From positions 4,340,001-4,404,000 of the forward strand of contig NW_027266274.1 in assembly GCF_022045235.1 (NCBI RefSeq): a stretch of DNA of 64,000 nt, written 5' to 3'. A program made the translations under genes and the position numbers. This document shows positions 13,381-27,800 of the stretch, piece by piece. This DNA comes from Haliotis cracherodii (Eukaryota). Numbering within the stretch: position 1 is the stretch's first letter; each line of letters begins with the position of its first letter. The notes beneath the pieces were generated by a model. The model did no database searches, was not told the DNA's origin, and saw only the letters and a list, made by a program, of their open reading frames with translations.

Positions 13381-16300
13381 GCTATTTTCGTATGTAGCTG
13401 TAGGTGCATGTAGCTGTAGATGTATGTAGCTGTAGGTGTATGTAGCTGTAGGTGTATGTAGCTATTGATGTATGTACATGTAGGTGTATGTACATGTAGG
13501 TGTATGTACATGTAGGTGTATGTAGCTGTAGGTGTATGTAGCTGTAGGTGTATGTACATGTAGGTGTATGTACATGTAGGTGTATGTACATGTAGGTGTA
13601 TGTAGCTGTAGGTGTATGTACATGTAGGTGTATGTACATGTAGGTGTATGTACATGTAGGTGTATGTACATGTAGGTGTATGTACATGTAGGTGTATGTA
13701 CATGTAGGTGTATGTACATGTAGGTGTATGTACATGTAGGTGTATGTACATGTAGGTGTATGTAGCTGTAGGTGTATGTAGCTCTAGGTGCATGTAGCTA
13801 TTGATGTATGTACATGTAGGTGTATGTACATGTAGGTGTATGTAGCTGTAGGTGTATGTAGGTGTATGTAGCTGTAGGTGTATGTAGGTGTAGGTGTATG
13901 TAGCTGCAGGTGTCTGTAGCTGTAGGTGTATGTAGCTATAGGTGTATGTAGCTGTAGGTGTATGTAGCTATAGGTGTATGTAGCTATAGGTGTATGTAGG
14001 TGTATGTAGCTGTAGGTGTATGTAGCTGTAGGTGTATGTAGCTGTAGGTGTATGTAACTGTAGGTGTCTGTAGCTGTAGGTGTATGTAGCTGCAGGTGTC
14101 TGTAGCTGTAGGTGTATGTAACTGTAGGTGTCTGTAGCTGTAGGTGTATGTAACTGTAGGTGTCTGTAGCTGTAGGTGTATGTAGCTGTAGGTGTATGTA
14201 GCTGTAGGTGTATGTAGCTGTAGGTGTATGTAGCTGTAGGTGTCTGTAGCTGTAGGTGTATGTAGCTGTAGGTGTATGTACATGTAGGTGTATGTAGCTG
14301 TAGGTGTATGTACATGTAGGTGTATGTACATGTAGGTGTATGTAGCTGTAGGTGTATGTACATGTAGGTGTATGTAGCTGTAGGTGTATGTACATGTAGG
14401 TGTATGTACATGTAGGTGTATGTACATGTAGGTGTCTGTAGCTGTAGGTGTATGTAGCTGTAGGTGTATGTACATGTAGGTGTATGTAGCTGTAGGTGTA
14501 TGTACATGTAGGTGTATGTAGCTGTAGGTGTATGTAGCTGTAGGTGTCTGTAGCTGTAGGTGTATGTAGCTGCAGGTGTCTGTAGCTGTAGGTGTATGTA
14601 GCTGTAGGTGTATGTAGCTGTAGGTGTATGTACATGTAGGTGTATGTAGCTGTAGGTGTATGTAGCTGTAGGTGTCTGTAGCTGTAGGTGTCTGTAGCTG
14701 TAGGTGTATGTAGCTGCAGGTGTCTGTAGCTGTAGGTGTATGTAGCTGTAGGTGTATGTAGCTGTAGGTGTATGTACATGTAGGTGTATGTACATGTAGG
14801 TGTATGTACATGTAGGTGTATGTAGCTGTAGGTGTCTGTAGCTGTAGGTGTCTGTAGCTGTAGGTGTATGTAGCTGCAGGTGTCTGTAGCTGTAGGTGTA
14901 TGTAGCTGTAGGTGTATGTAGCTGTAGGTGTATGTACATGTAGGTGTATGTAGCTGTAGGTGTATGTAGCTGTAGGTGTATGTAGCTGTAGGTGTATGTA
15001 GCTGTAGGTGTCTGTAGCTGTAGGTGTATGTACATGTAGGTGTATGTAGCTGTAGGTGTATGTAGCTGCAGGTGTCTGTAGCTGTAGGTGTATGTACATG
15101 TAGGTGTATGTAGCTGTAGGTGTATGTACATGTAGGTGTATGTAGCTATTGATGTATGTACATGTAGGTGTATGTACATGTAGGTGTATGTAACTGTAGG
15201 TGTATGTAGCTGTAGGTGTCTGTAGCTGTAGGTGTATGTAGCTGTAGGTGTATGTACATGTAGGTGTATGTAGCTATTGATGTATGTACATGTAGGTGTA
15301 TGTACATGTAGGTGTATGTACATGTAGGTGTATGTAGCTGTAGGTGTATGTAGCTGTAGGTGTCTGTAGCTGTAGGTGTCTGTAGCTGTAGGTGTCTGTA
15401 GCTGTAGGTGTATGTACATGTAGGTGTATGTAGCTGTAGGTGTATGTACATGTAGGTGTATGTACATGTAGGTGTATGTAGCTGTAGGTGTATGTACATG
15501 TAGGTGTATGTACATGTAGGTGTATGTAACTGTAGGTGTATGTAGCTGTAGGTGTATGTAGCTGTAGGTGTCTGTAGCTGTAGGTGTCTGTAGCTGTAGG
15601 TGTATGTAGCTGTAGGTGTATGTACATGTAGGTGTATGTACATGTAGGTGTATGTAGCTGTAGGTGTATGTAGCTGTAGGTGTATGTACATGTAGGTGTA
15701 TGTACATGAAGGTGTATGTAGCTGTAGGTGTATGTAGCTGTAGGTGTATGTAGCTGTAGGTGTATGTAGCTGCAGGTGTCTGTAGCTGTAGGTGTATGTA
15801 GCTGTAGGTGTATGTAGCTGTAGGTGTATGTACATGTAGGTGTATGTAGCTATTGATGTATGTACATGTAGGTGTATGTACATGTAGGTGTATGTAACTG
15901 TAGGTGTATGTAGCTGTAGGTGTATGTACATGTAGGTGTATGTAGCTGTAGGTGTATGTACATGTAGGTGTATGTAGCTATTGATGTATGTACATGTAGG
16001 TGTATGTACATGTAGGTGTATGTAACTGTAGGTGTATGTAGCTGTTGATGTATGTACATGTAGGTGTATGTAGCTGTAGGTGTATGTACATGTAGGTGTA
16101 TGTAGCTGTAGGTGTATGTACATGTAGGTGTATGTAGCTATTGATGTATGTACATGTAGGTGTATGTACATGTAGGTGTATGTACATGTAGGTGTATGTA
16201 CATGTAGGTGTATGTAGCTGTAGGTGTATGTAGCTGTAGGTGTATGTAGCTGTAGGTGTATGTAGCTGTAGGTGTCTGTAGCTGTAGGTGTCTGTAGCTG

Positions 16301-19300
16301 TAGGTGTATGTAGCTGTAGGTGTATGTAGCTGTAGGTGTATGTACATGTAGGTGTATGTACATGTAGGTGTATGTAGCTGTAGGTGTATGTACATGTAGG
16401 TGTATGTAGCTGTAGGTGTATGTAGCTGTAGGTGTATGTAGCTGTAGGTGTATGTAGCTGTAGGTGTCTGTAGCTGTAGGTGTATGTAGCTGTAGGTGTA
16501 TGTACATGTAGGTGTATGTACATGTAGGTGTATGTAGCTGTAGGTGTATGTACATGTAGGTGTATGTACATGTAGGTGTATGTAGCTGTAGGTGTATGTA
16601 GCTGTAGGTGTATGTAGCTGTAGGTGTATGTAGCTGCAGGTGTCTGTAGCTGTAGGTGTATGTAGCTGTAGGTGTATGTAGCTGTAGGTGTATGTACATG
16701 TAGGTGTATGTAGCTATTGATGTATGTACATGTAGGTGTATGTAACTGTAGGTGTATGTAGCTGTAGGTGTATGTACATGTAGGTGTATGTAGCTGTAGG
16801 TGTATGTACATGTAGGTGTATGTAGCTATTGATGTATGTACATGTAGGTGTATGTACATGTAGGTGTATGTAACCTAAGGTGTATGTAGCTATTGATGTA
16901 TGTACATGTAGGTGTATGTAGCTGTAGGTGTATGTACATGTAGGTGTATGTAGCTGTAGGTGTATGTACATGTAGGTGTATGTAGCTATTGATGTATGTA
17001 CATGTAGGTGTATGTACATGTAGGTGTATGTAACTGTAGGTGTATGTAGCTGTAGGTGTATGTACATGTAGGTGTATGTACATGTAGGTGTATGTAACTG
17101 TAGGTGTATGTAGCTGTAGGTGTATGTAGCTGTAGGTGTATGTAACTGTAGGTGCATGTAACTGTAGGTGTATGTAGCTGTAGGTGTCTGTAGCTGTAGG
17201 TGTATGTAGCTGTAGGTGTATGTAACTGTAGGTGTATGTAGCTGTAGGTGTATGTAGCTGTAGGTGTATGTAGCTGTAGGTGTATGTAGCTGTAGGTGCA
17301 TGTAGCTATTGATGTATTTACATGTAGGTGTATGTAGCTATAGTTGTGTGTAGCTGTAGGTGTATGTAGCTCTAGGTGCATGTAGCTATTGATGTATGTA
17401 CATGTAGGTGTATGTAGCTGTAGGTGTATGTAACTGTAGGTGTCTGTAGCTGTAGGTGTATGTAACTGTAGGTGTCTGTAGCTGTAGGTGTATGTAGCTG
17501 TAGGTGTATGTAGCTGTAGGTGTATGTAGCTGTAGGTGTATGTACATGTAGGTGTATGTACATGTAGGTGTATGTAGCTGTAGGTGTATGTACATGTAGG
17601 TGTATGTAACTGTAGGTGTCTGTAGCTGTAGGTGTATGTAGCTGTAGGTGTATGTAGCTGTAGGTGTATGTAGCTGTAGGTGTATGTAGCTGTAGGTGTC
17701 TGTAGCTGTAGGTGTATGTATCTGTAGGTGTATGTAGCTGTAGGTGTATGTACATGTAGGTGTATGTACATGTAGGTGTATGTAGCTGTAGGTGTATGTA
17801 CATGTAGGTGTATGTAGCTGTAGGTGTATGTAACTGTAGGTGTATGTAGCTGTAGGTGTATGTAGCTGTAGGTGTATGTAGCTGTAGGTGTATGTACATG
17901 TAGGTGTATGTAGCTGTAGGTGTATGTAGCTGTAGGTGTATGTAACTGTAGGTGTCTGTAGCTGTAGGTGTATGTAGCTGTAGGTGTCTGTAGCTGTAGG
18001 TGTCTGTAGCTGTAGGTGTATGTAGCTGCAGGTGTCTGTAGCTGTAGGTGTATGTAGCTGTAGGTGTATGTAGCTGTAGGTGTATGTACATGTAGGTGTA
18101 TGTACATCTAGGTGTATGTAGCTGTAGGTGTATGTACATGTAGGTGTATGTACATGTAGGTGTATGTACATGTAGGTGTATGTAACTGTAGGTGTATGTA
18201 GCTGTAGGTGTATGTAGCTGTAGGTGTATGTAGCTGTAGGTGTATGTAGCTGTAGGTGTATGTAGCTGTAGGTGCATGTAGCTATTGATGTATTTACATG
18301 TAGGTGTATGTAGCTATAGTTGTGTGTAGCTGTAGGTGTATGTAGCTCTAGGTGCATGTAGCTATTGATGTATGTACATGTAGGTGTATGTAGCTGTAGG
18401 TGTATGTAGCTGTAGGTGTCTGTAGCTGTAGGTGTATGTAGCTGTAGGTGTATGTAGTTGTAGGTGTCTATAGCTGTAGGTGTATGTAGGTGTAGGTGCA
18501 TGTAGCTGTTGGTGTATGTACATGTAGGCGATGTAGCTGCATGTAGGTGTATGTAGCTGTAGGTTTGTGTAGCTGTAGGTGTATTTAGCTATCGCTGTTT
18601 TAGCTGTAGGTGTATGTAACTGTAGGTGCATGTAGCTTTAGGTGCATGTAGCTGTAGGTGTCTGTAGCTGTAGGTGTATGTAGCTTTAGGTGCATGTAGC
18701 TTTAGGTGTATGTAACTGTAGGTGTCTGTAGCTGTAGGTGTCTGTAGCTGTAGGTGTATGTAGCTGTAGGTGCATGTAGCTATAGGTGTCTGTAGCTGTA
18801 GGTGTTTGTAGCTGTAGGTGTATGTAGCTGTAGGTGTATGTAGCTGTAGGTGTATGTAACTGTAGGTGTATGTAGCTGTAGGTGTATGTAACTGTAGGTG
18901 TATGTAGCTGTAGGTGCATGTAGCTATAGGTGTATGTAGCTGTAGGTGTTTGTAGCTGTAGGTGTATGTAGCTGTAGGTGCATGTAGCTGTAGGTGTATG
19001 TACATGTAGGTGTATGTAGCTGTAGGTGTATGTAGCTGTAGGTGTATGTAACTGTAGGTGTCTGTAGCTGTAGGTGTATGTAGCTGTAGGTGTCTGTAGC
19101 TGTAGGTGTCTGTAGCTGTAGGTGTATGTAGCAGCAGGTGTCTGTAGCTGTAGGTGTATGTAGCTGTAGGTGTATGTAGCTGTAGGTGTATGTACATGTA
19201 GGCGTATGTACATGTAGGTGTATGTAGCTGTAGGTGTATGTACATGTAGGTGTATGTACATGTAGGTGTATGTAACTGTAGGTGTATGTAGCTGTAGGTG

Positions 19301-20150
19301 TATGTAGCTGTAGGTGTATGTAGCTGTATGTGTATGTAGCTGTAGGTGTATGTAGCTGTAGGTGCATGTAGCTATTGATGTATTTACATGTAGGTGTATG
19401 TAGCTATAGTTGTGTGTAGCTGTAGGTGTATGTAGCTCTAGGTGCATGTAGCTATTGATGTATGTACATGTAGGTGTATGTAGCTGTAGGTGTATGTAGC
19501 TGTAGGTGTCTGTAGCTGTAGGTGTATGTAGCTGTAGGTGTATGTAGTTGTAGGTGTCTATAGCTGTAGGTGTATGTAGCTGTAGGTGCATGTAGCTGTT
19601 GGTGTATGTACATGTAGGCGATGTAGCTGCATATAGGTGTATGTAGCTGTAGGTTTGTGTAGCTGTAGGTGTATTTAGCTATCGCTGTTTTAGCTGTAGG
19701 TGTATGTAACTGTAGGTGCATGTAGCTTTAGGTGCATGTAGCTGTAGGTGTCTGTAGCTGTAGGTGTATGTAGCTGTAGGTGTATGTAGCTTTAGGTGCA
19801 TGTAGCTTTAGGTGTATGTAACTGTAGGTGTCTGTAGCTGTAGGTGTCTGTAGCTGTAGGTGTATGTAGCTGTAGGTGCATATAGCTATAGGTGTCTGTA
19901 GCTGTAGGTGTTTGTAGCTGTAGGTGTATGTAGCTGTAGGTGTATGTAGCTGTAGGTGTATGTAACTGTAGGTGTATGTAGCTGTAGGTGTATGTAACTG
20001 TAGGTGTATGTAGCTGTAGGTGCATGTAGCTATAGGTGTATGTAGCTGTAGGTGTTTGTAGCTGTAGGTGTATGTAGCTGTAGGTGCATGTAGCTGTAGG
20101 TGTATGTAGCTGTAGGTGCATGTAGCTGTAGGTGTATGTACCTATAGCTG
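13381..20150. repeat. 6.8-kb satellite array of 16-bp units (GTAGGTGTATGTAGCT / GTAGGTGTATGTACAT) with higher-order duplications
   Basis: Seen directly; all His/Thr/Tyr-rich minus-strand ORFs from 13329 to 20121 derive from it. Confidence 0.97.
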
Positions 20151-20172
20151 TATGAAGTTATGGAGGTGTATG

Positions 20173-20446
20173 ATTTGTTTGTTTGTTTGTGTGTTGTTTA
20201 ATGCCGCACTCAGGAATATTCCAGCTATATGACGGCGGTCTGTAAAATAATCGAGTCTGGACCAGACAATCCAGTGATTGACATCATGAGCATCGATCCA
20301 CGCAATTGGGATCGAGGACATGTATCAACCAAGTCAGCGAGCCTGACCCCCGATCCCGTTAGTCGCCTTTTATGACAAGCATAGTCGCCTTTTACGGTAA
20401 GTATGGGTTGCTGAAGACCTATTCTACCTCGGAATCTTCACGGGTC
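20173..20446 (-). mobile_element. SINE-like family A, full length
   Basis: Reverse complement colinear with 44120-44355; (TTTG)n tail. Confidence 0.88.
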
Positions 20447-20871
20447 TGGAGGTGCATGAAGGTGTAGATTTATGTAGCTATATGTGTCAAACAAATTAAA
20501 GATTAAAACGTTTGCTCATCACGCCGAAAACTGGGTTCAATTCCGCATATAGCTACAATGTCTGAAGCAAAATGAATGTGCAGTTGATGATGAGAGGATC
20601 GATCCTCGAAACTTTTGCTCAAAGATTTATTAGCAGAAATGAGCCGACATGTGCGTGTTAGAGTTGTGTTCCTTGAACGTGATGTTCAACATGAATAATA
20701 TATGTAGTATTTTACGTTTTTAGACACCATATAAAAATAAGGCAAGACATTAGATAAAGAGAATATTAGTAATTATTAAAGTTCTCAATTTTACTGTCCA
20801 TAAAATTTCAAAAGTGTCTATGAAGGAATGCTTGTTTTAGAAAAGAGATCGGTGCATCATCATATATTTTA

Positions 20872-20879
20872 TGACGTCA
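20872..20879. promoter_or_regulatory. CRE palindrome TGACGTCA in the probable SCYL2 promoter
   Basis: Perfect TGACGTCA in a CpG-containing patch about 1 kb upstream of the first coding exon; TSS not known. Confidence 0.35.
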
Positions 20880-21854
20880 CAGATATGGCTCTCAGCTCCT
20901 TACACGAAGTCGGCAGGGCGTTTTGACAGCCGATTACCGGTTGTATTTGGTTTATTTGTGGTAAACATAGATTTATTATTTCCTAAGTTAGCAGAAATAC
21001 CATTTGTTGATGTTGTGCTGATTGCCTGTTTCATAGTCTGTGGGCAGTGGCGAAAACACGATTATCCAGAAACTACCCCGATACTAGACTGGCTTTAGTT
21101 CTCTAAGTAGAAGATGTAATTTGCGTCTTTTCCACAGTGACAGCTGTCGTTTAACGTGACATGTCTTTGGCAAAGTTGATCTTGATACCAGTGTTGTTAT
21201 TGCAAAACAGCAGACGTGACATCTATTCTGTTATTGATTTCTTTTTAGTTTGAACAGGGATTGAATAGATCTGATGGTAAACAGTGGTCAAGTATCGTAC
21301 GAAGACAAGGCAACTTACGTCTATATCATTCATCCCCATGAACACTATTGGATTATATTATCTCATATAACTGAAACTAATTTGGGGAAAAATGTATGAC
21401 CAGGTACTGTGAATATTATCAATGACTCTGCTCTTTAATCATATTGTCTTTCATAACAGTTGCCAGTAACCTAAAGAAAACAATTCAGTACTATTAATTT
21501 GATACATGAACATTCTCAGTGCTCATATGGGCCTACTATGTGTATCGGGGATACATTATATATTTAAGGATCTTCAGCTATTTTCCCAGCCAATTATGGA
21601 TGTTTAGATATATTTGGCTTTAGGGAATTCAGTAGTTTTACCGACAGGAGAAAGGGTGAACATGGTAATCTAATTTAGCTATTAAAGACTAGCTGCCTAT
21701 TGCCCCATCCCATATAAGATTTTCCATGAGAAATATTCTCTATTTTTTTTCTGTTTAGAAATATAACTATCATGATTGTGATCAAATGTCTTTGATGATG
21801 AAGCCATTTTATTTTGTTTTCAAGACACTAACCGACTAGGAGAAGAAGGACGTG

Positions 21855-24800
21855 ATGGACATGTTTAACAGATTGAAGACTGCCGTGAGCAATGCTTTGC
21901 CTGGCAACCCACTATCCCGAGATTTTGACCTGTACAACCAAATAGCCAGTGGAGGCCCAGGGATGTTGTGGAAAATACATGGAGGAATGAAGAAAACCAC
22001 CAAACAGGTAATACAGAATTAGTCTGTGTTGCAGAAACCCTTTGTTCCAGAAATGTTGAATTTTTTCTGTCAGGGTAATAAGATATTTGCCAATAAAAAT
22101 GAGATTCCAATTGTATTGTCTGTATGTTTGGAATAGTATGGATCATTTAGATTGGCTCTATACTGATCAACTGAGCATTGTATCTAAGAAATAAATGATG
22201 AGTGGCAGTTGTTTATCATACAATAACACTGTATTGCAAGGGTGGAAACTGAACTTACCGGTATAAAGTCAATGAACTCCCTTGCCACGGGAAGATGGAG
22301 AGATGCTGGAATATAACTGACATTCTGTTCAAATCAGCATTTATGCAAACTCAATCACTCACTTTAACCGAATATACAGAAAATGTACCCTAACCAAAAT
22401 TAGAATACAGAAGCATACCTGGTACCCTAAACGGTTCATGTTGTAGTTCCGGTTGCCTGATTACGAGTGCATACGCGCATCGCTGAATATTACATTAATG
22501 TACGCACGTCACTGTGTATGATTGTTTCCTATATGATACACTAGAATGCATCTCATAAGTACTGCCATGTTGAATTTAACTGCGGTTTGGCATACAGGAA
22601 GTGACCAAAACCAAAAGAACCAGTTATGCACGTTGCGCCCTTCGGCGGAATAGACTCATCCTAGGGTACGTTTCTGTGTTTTGATTTTGGCTAGGGTATA
22701 TTTCTGTATACAGAAATTACCTTAGGTACGTTTCTGTAGTACCTGTGCCGACAACGACTCCTTCAGCCTCACTTTAGTGAAATTGATGCATATGTTTGCT
22801 TCTGCATATTGCGACAAAACTGTTCTTTCTCAAAACTTTCTGTCCAGTTGTAAACAATATTCAGTAAATAATATTTAAACTTATAAAGTATTTCCAGGAC
22901 TACTTCTTGCACTTTATCAGGTGAACTCAGATAACCTTCTGTTTGATTAAGTCAATGTCAGACTTGAATGTGTATTTTCTGATTCCAATAATATATTGCG
23001 ATACTTGAGTGATGATACGATAGGCATCAGGATACTTAATCTGTGATGTGTTCGCATGAAATTCTTTGTATATATTGCCACATGAGGAAGGCATATCATG
23101 CCCTTACCAGGTAGTGCAGAGCATACCATCGCCATGATAACTGACAAATGTTTACAATGCCCTGTAATAATAAGTTTTCAGACGGACATGATTTTTTTAG
23201 CCTTACTTGAGTATATTGTGTTCTGTGCCAGGAATCCTCCATCTTTGTGTTTGAGAAGCGTTGCCTGGAGCGGTATTCCCGGCGCGACCGAGAGATGATA
23301 CTGGACTCATTGAGGAAGGGGGTTCAGCAGCTAACTAAACTGCGTCACCCCAAAGTCTTGTCTGTAATGGAACCACTTGAAGAGTCCAGGTAGATACAGG
23401 AACTTCATCTGAATAATACAAGTAGATCTTTTACTACGAGATGAATCATTCATAGCTCATGAAGCCAATCACTGTCCTTGGTTTGATTATTTGTAGGCCA
23501 CTGTAATTTCGCTACAATATGGCTTAAACATTATAACATATTCAATATCTCATTAACCCACATAGTTTATTACCAGCTGATAACCTTTTGTTTGATGTAT
23601 GACTAATTTATGTACCAACATATTCACAGGGAAACACTTGCGTTCGCCACAGAGCCAGTGTTCGGCAGTTTGGCTAATGTATTGGGTAACCTTGACAACA
23701 TGACAACAGTTCCTAAGGAGCTCCAGGAGTATGAGCTGTATGATGTGGAGGTCAGACATGGCTTGCTGCAGGTGAGGGCATCTAGGACAACTAACAGTCT
23801 ACTGTTAAGAATATTTTGGGACAGTAGGCATTCCACAGGCAACGGAAGAATCCATTTTATTTGATCTGTGGACTTCAGTGGTAAAGTCATTAAGGAATAA
23901 AAGTGCCATCACATTGATCATCTCATTCATGTTCTGTTGTAATATTACCTACCCTCCTGTAATCACGGTAATAGAATAACCTTATCACTTTTTAAATAGC
24001 ATTGCTACAAAAACTGCTTTGTCTCTTGTGTGTGTTATAAAACATTCTGTTTGAAAAATTATTGATGATTTTGCCATAATGAAAACATTTTGAAATGGTT
24101 TAGCCCAACTAAAGGGAAATCTAAGAATTTTCATCATGTAAATCAGGGTTAGAACTAAACTCAAAAGCTTCACTAGCCCAGGTAAAGATAAAATGCTCTT
24201 GTAATGTTAAGACAATGGGGCAATTTGTACTAGCCCACAGGAATTTGTAGTAGCCCCGGGCTAGTGGACTAGTGTTAAATTCTTACCATATTAATGATGA
24301 TTGTTGACAATTGTTGTAAAGGGCCATGGTGACGTGTAGCATGCACAGATGAAATGTTAAATCATCAAGCCTTCAGCAGTCACATACCACTAGAACACAA
24401 AAGAATCTACCTGGCTGTGATGTTGCTGTTATACTGATAATGGGACTTACAGAATAAGATAGACAGCCATTGTTGTAGGGCTGGGGGGGGTAACTTGGGT
24501 ACTCGGGTCGGATGGGTCCTGATACATTGTTTCTGACTTTTATACGTTTGAGTAAAGATAAAGCTTCAGTCGACTTCAGTGTATGCATGATCTGATCATT
24601 TTATATGTGTAAGTAAATAGCATTTGCCAGGGCTCTGGTAAAACAATACCCAGTTGGACATTATGTATTCAACTAGGGTAGGGTCAGGTAATAGGGGATT
24701 GAGTACCTGGGTTGTAAGTTTGGACTTGTCCCTGCTCTACGTTGTTGTGATTGTTGTGACTCTGGTTCCAGATGATTGAAGGCTTAACGTTCCTGCACAA

Positions 24801-27800
24801 TGATGCAAAGATCCTGCACCACAACATCTGCCCTGAGTCCATCATCCTCAACAAGAATGGGACGTGGAAGCTGGCGGGCTTCGACTTCTGTGTTCTCAAC
24901 AGCAACACAACAGATCAGTCGGTACGAACATCTAGTCATCTCTGTCACCGCTGTTTGATTCAGTACTGAAGTTGGTAGTAGATCCAAGACATACGTAACA
25001 GTCGGTACAAACATCTAGTCATCTCTGTCACCTCTGTTTGATTCAGTACTGAAGTTGGTAGTAGATCCAAGACATACGTAACAGTCGGTACAAACATCTA
25101 GTCATCTCTGTCACCGCTGTTTGGTTCAGTACTGAAGTTGGTCGTAGATCCAAGACATGCGTAACAGTTGGTACGAACATCTAGTCATATCTGTCACCGC
25201 TGTTCGATTCAGAATTTGGTAGTAGATCCAAGACATACGTAACAGTCGGTACAAACATCTAGTCATCTCTGTCACTGCTGTTTGATTCAGTACTGAAGTT
25301 GGTAGTAGATCCAAGACATACGTAACAGTCGGTACAAACATCTAGTCATCTCTGTCACTGCTGTTTGATTCAGTACTGAAGTTGGTAGTAGATCCAAGAC
25401 ATACGTAACAGTCGGTACAAACATCTAGTCATCTCTGTCACCGCTGTTTGATTCAGTACTGAAGTTGGTAGTTGGTCCAAGACATACATAACAGTCAGGC
25501 TTCCTTTATTTATGGATCTGCCAAGCCCAAGTTACACAAACTTTGAAAAAAATAATAAATTTGACCAGTTTTATTGTCTTTTCTGCATTATAATGGATAT
25601 CGGGTAATCTGTTATTTCAGTGATAATTGATACTAGAGGAAGTACACATTTTTGATAGTTGTTTGCAGAATGAGGCCATGAGTTTTGAATTTCTGTATTG
25701 TTTTGCTTTTACAAAATTTGGCAGATGCAAAGTATTTTGAGAATCTGTTTATTTCTAGGAATGATTTTTACTGCTGACAGCACCATTTCTTAATGGCAAT
25801 ACTGATTCTGTTCCCCCCTTCCCAATTTTCTATTTCATGGTCGGCAGATCTGTGACCCAAGTAAAATAAAATGTAACAACCTACTGTTACTAACTTCATA
25901 ACCATGCATTAGAATGAAGGAACTAGAATGAATGTGAACTGAGCCACTGTTTGCCTTGTCGTGTGGTTGTTACACTTACTGCTTGCTTCTTTCAGCTCAT
26001 TAAAGCTGGTTCCTTTGTGGTAAGGAATATCAATATGTTTTGAGGCAGTTCTATTTTTGGTCAAGGTGTCTTCATATTCATCAAATATTTATGTTTTTGT
26101 TGTCTAAAGTGTACACAATATACAACTTTTCCAATGGATGTCACATGACCTCAAAACTGACGTTCAAATTAGCTCATGAATAACAAAGTTTGATGGTTGT
26201 ACATATTTCATCCCCTGCTAATTCCCCAGCACAAATAGAAAAAGAAGCATTCTTTCTGGCTATTTTGATTTTGATCCTATACTCCTTTACTCTTTAACTC
26301 TTTTGCATTCATTGGGAAAAGTTTGGCTGCATGGCTGTCCACGAATATACTTGCTTTGACTTATCCTAGTGAACAAAACGACATTCATACAGTTTGGCCA
26401 TCATTCTATGAAGGTTCATACTCTAATGAACTCACACATCACATTGACCCAGGGTTTGAAACTAGGGCGCTTAGTTTGAATGATCTGGAGTACATGTGTA
26501 CCGTGTATTCACCTTCAGTGCAGCTAAAGTGGACATGTGAAACAACGAGGAGTTATATATGTAGCTAGGCCGTTAACAGTGAAAGTGTGTTATGTAGCTG
26601 AAACTCACCCAAAGAAACATTTATGTTTCCAGTCTGTGTTCACTGCATATGCATTTGATATCTTTTTTTCATTTCGTGTCTTTATGATCTGTTGAAAAAC
26701 ATTTACTTCTATTGGGCTGAGAAGACTGGTGATGGTTGCGATGCATGCATTTCTCCATTAGAATTGCCATTCCTAGTGTCCCCCGCCGTGATATTGCTGG
26801 AATATTGCTAAAAGCAGCTTAAAGCCATAATCAATCAATCAATTAATCCATGAGGATGGGTGAAGTGGGGATTGAGTTGATGATGTGCCGTCTGTCCCAA
26901 ACCAATCTCATTAGAATCAGATTCTTGCTACCACTAAACAAGGATCTTGAGGACACCCCATTATGGGTCACACTGGAATCTTTCATCCAACCAGTCAGAG
27001 CGTTGCTTACCAGATCAGGAAATTACAGTAGGAATGTGTTTTCTAATCATGCAACCTCGAAACATTTAACAACAGTCACAAGCTTTACGACTGAATCAGT
27101 ACAAGATACGACATCTATTAGCCATTGTAGAATGTTCTCCCAATTTTTAATCAAGAATTTGTCAAATTATGTTTTGAAGCGCCATCACCAGTTTGAAACT
27201 AGTGTAAACAGTAAAGCACAAGACAACTGCCTTCTTATTGGCTGATGTTAACTTCTTGTCAGTCATTCCACATGTCGGTTGAAATTTGCAAAAGTCCGGT
27301 CTGATGTGACATATTGGGATGTCCTGAGATCTTTGTTTAGCGGTAGGGAGAACTAAGATCTGATTTTAATGAGTCTACTGGCCCAAACTCATCGTTGTGT
27401 TCATATATACATTAACGGAAAATACTAGGGATGTGCGGTTTTATCGGTATACTGGTATATTGCAATACAAATTCATCACGATAAGTTTTTTGGCGTATCA
27501 GTTTTTCCCTCATTATTAAAACACCACCTGATAAAAATGCGTATTTTACAATCGGAAATCAAAGGGAATGAATGTTGCTGACACCTTGGAACTAGAGTTA
27601 CTTCCCTGGATTGTTTATCCAACATGGCGGACGCCTTTGACAGCGTGTCGAACAAAAAGGGAAAATATTTTGACATTGAATGTAATTTTTTCACAATGTT
27701 TGATGAGAGACAATGACTGACATGGAATTTGTCATGATGTATAATTCTTATTAAATTTATGTTAATGTTAATGTTAATGTTTCATTGTTTTTCAAACTGT

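Noticed and set aside
13329-20121. Many long His/Thr/Tyr-rich minus-strand ORFs
   Set aside because: Translations of the 16-bp satellite; the C/A-rich strand rarely contains stops
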